Assembly: GCF_001194135.2 (NCBI RefSeq) | Contig: NC_068994.1 | Coordinates: 58,565,892 to 58,629,891, forward strand | Direction of reading: 5' to 3' | DNA length: 64,000 bases | Source: Octopus bimaculoides | Lineage: Eukaryota | Shown: positions 62,200-64,000 of the stretch, piece after piece | Layout of the letters: every line of letters starts with the position of its first letter | Numbering within the stretch: position 1 is the stretch's first letter | Made by a program: the position numbers and the translations under genes | Notes under the pieces: generated by a model | Told to the model about the DNA's origin: nothing | Seen by the model: only the letters and a program-made list of their open reading frames with translations | Databases searched by the model: none

Positions 62200-62470
62200 C
62201 AAGTGGCAGTCTTTCGATATTGGTACACGACGTCATTCATCGACACAACCTTCCTTCATGACATAACTGAAGAAGAGGGTGAATGACGTTGTCTCCTCCT
62301 ACCAATACTCTACAGATCAATACCGAAGGATCGCCATGTAAGTGTCTACATGTACGGTTTGTAAGTAACAAAAAAAAAAACATCAGCCAATACACTACGC
62401 GTGCCGCCACGACGGCCGGCACTGTGTCATTGTACAGTGCGAAAGGGTAACCACCAATCAATACAGTACC
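62200..62470. promoter_or_regulatory. Putative PDCD4 promoter region
   Basis: Locally CpG-rich, with CCAAT boxes near 62301, 62386 and 62453 and a CRE-like TGACGTCG (minus) at 62228-62235, about 3.6 kb upstream of the first coding exon. No transcript evidence. Confidence 0.3.
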
Positions 62471-62964
62471 CCAACTCCAGCAGTGCCCTTCCATTATTCA
62501 ACGCAGCCTCACAAAATATCAATGAAAATATTAGAAGAAAGATAAATTATGAAATCAACAACACTTGTTTATGTCACAGGGAAAGTGTGGGCGTGTGTGT
62601 TTACGAATGCTATATAAAAGTACAAGTTTATATGCTCCATACACATGTTCGTTCATAGACGTGACTCTGTTTAAAGAGATTTGTACTGATGTGTTCTACA
62701 CAGCAAGTGCTGTCGTGTGTATGTGTACTAAATACACAGACATCAGTGTTTATATTTTGTGTACATCTCAACGATGTGTGTGCATTGAATGCGAGCGAGT
62801 GAGTGTGTCAATACCGAAGCGAGATCGAGCGATTAGATTTCTTCTCCGCCCACAGCGTTTCCTCTTACTTTCAATAAATATTGTTATTGTGGCTTATATA
62901 AATAAATAAATCCATGTTTACATTCTAACCCACAAATATATATTTGCATGTGTGTGTGTGTGTC

Positions 62965-63057
<93 letters not shown>

Positions 63058-63554
63058 NNNNNNNNNNNNNNNNNNNNNNNNNNNNNNNNNNNNNNNNNNN
63101 NNNNNNNNNNNNNNNNNNNNNNNNNNNNNNNNNNNNNNNNNNNNNNNNNNNNNNNNNNNNNNNNNNNNNNNNNNNNNNNNNNNNNNNNNNNNNNNNNNNN
63201 NNNNNNNNNNNNNNNNNNNNNNNNNNNNNNNNNNNNNNNNNNNNNNNNNNNNNNNNNNNNNNNNNNNNNNNNNNNNNNNNNNNNNNNNNNNNNNNNNNNN
63301 NNNNNNNNNNNNNNNNNNNNNNNNNNNNNNNNNNNNNNNNNNNNNNNNNNNNNNNNNNNNNNNNNNNNNNNNNNNNNNNNNNNNNNNNNNNNNNNNNNNN
63401 NNNNNNNNNNNNNNNNNNNNNNNNNNNNNNNNNNNNNNNNNNNNNNNNNNNNNNNNNNNNNNNNNNNNNNNNNNNNNNNNNNNNNNNNNNNNNNNNNNNN
63501 NNNNNNNNNNNNNNNNNNNNNNNNNNNNNNNNNNNNNNNNNNNNNNNNNNNNNN

Positions 63555-63597
<43 letters not shown>

Positions 63598-63953
63598 ACA
63601 GAGTTTGAGCCTGTTGTTGTATCTTAACGATGTTTATAGAGTTTCAAATGCAGGCTGTGCACTTTTCTCTTGTCTGCTTATATTCCTAGTGTACACCTCA
63701 CTCTACCCGAGTAAACAGCAGCCTCCTGTTATTCTACACTCTTGAGTGTGTGTGTGTGTGTGTTCCCTTCCACCACTTGACAACTGGCTGTGGTTTGTTT
63801 ACGACCTCGTAACTGAGAGGTTCGGCATAGAGAGCGACAGAATAAATACCAAACTGAAATAAAATAAAGTAACGAGATTGCTTTGTTTGACTGAATGCAA
63901 GGCGGTGCTCCAGCATGGCCTCAGTCCAATGATTAAAAAAATAATAATAAACG

Positions 63954-64000
<47 letters not shown>

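Overview
AT-rich, microsatellite-dense animal genomic DNA with short-read N gaps. The SINE families are typical of octopus, so this is probably an Octopus species (inferred from repeat content only). Four protein-coding genes can be built from splice sites and protein similarity: the 5' end of a KNDC1/very-KIND-like gene (minus, runs off the left edge), a complete 6-exon DCAF10 (plus, 710 aa), an intronless IMMP1L (minus, 161 aa) and a complete 10-coding-exon PDCD4 (minus, 459 aa). The rest is mostly tRNA-derived SINEs, RTE and L1/Tx1 LINE fragments, a deleted Gypsy element, Tc1/mariner relics, TTAA-flanked MITEs and simple repeats. The most notable unannotated signal is a ~130-bp repeat family, arranged in inverted pairs, carrying a minimal type I hammerhead ribozyme core of the kind known from Penelope-like elements and retrozymes. 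An apparently intact copy lies at 20908-20953, a CpG-decayed copy in the PDCD4 intron (57336-57381) and a truncated copy at 47.8 kb. All alignments and similarities were judged by eye; no searches or folding programs were run.
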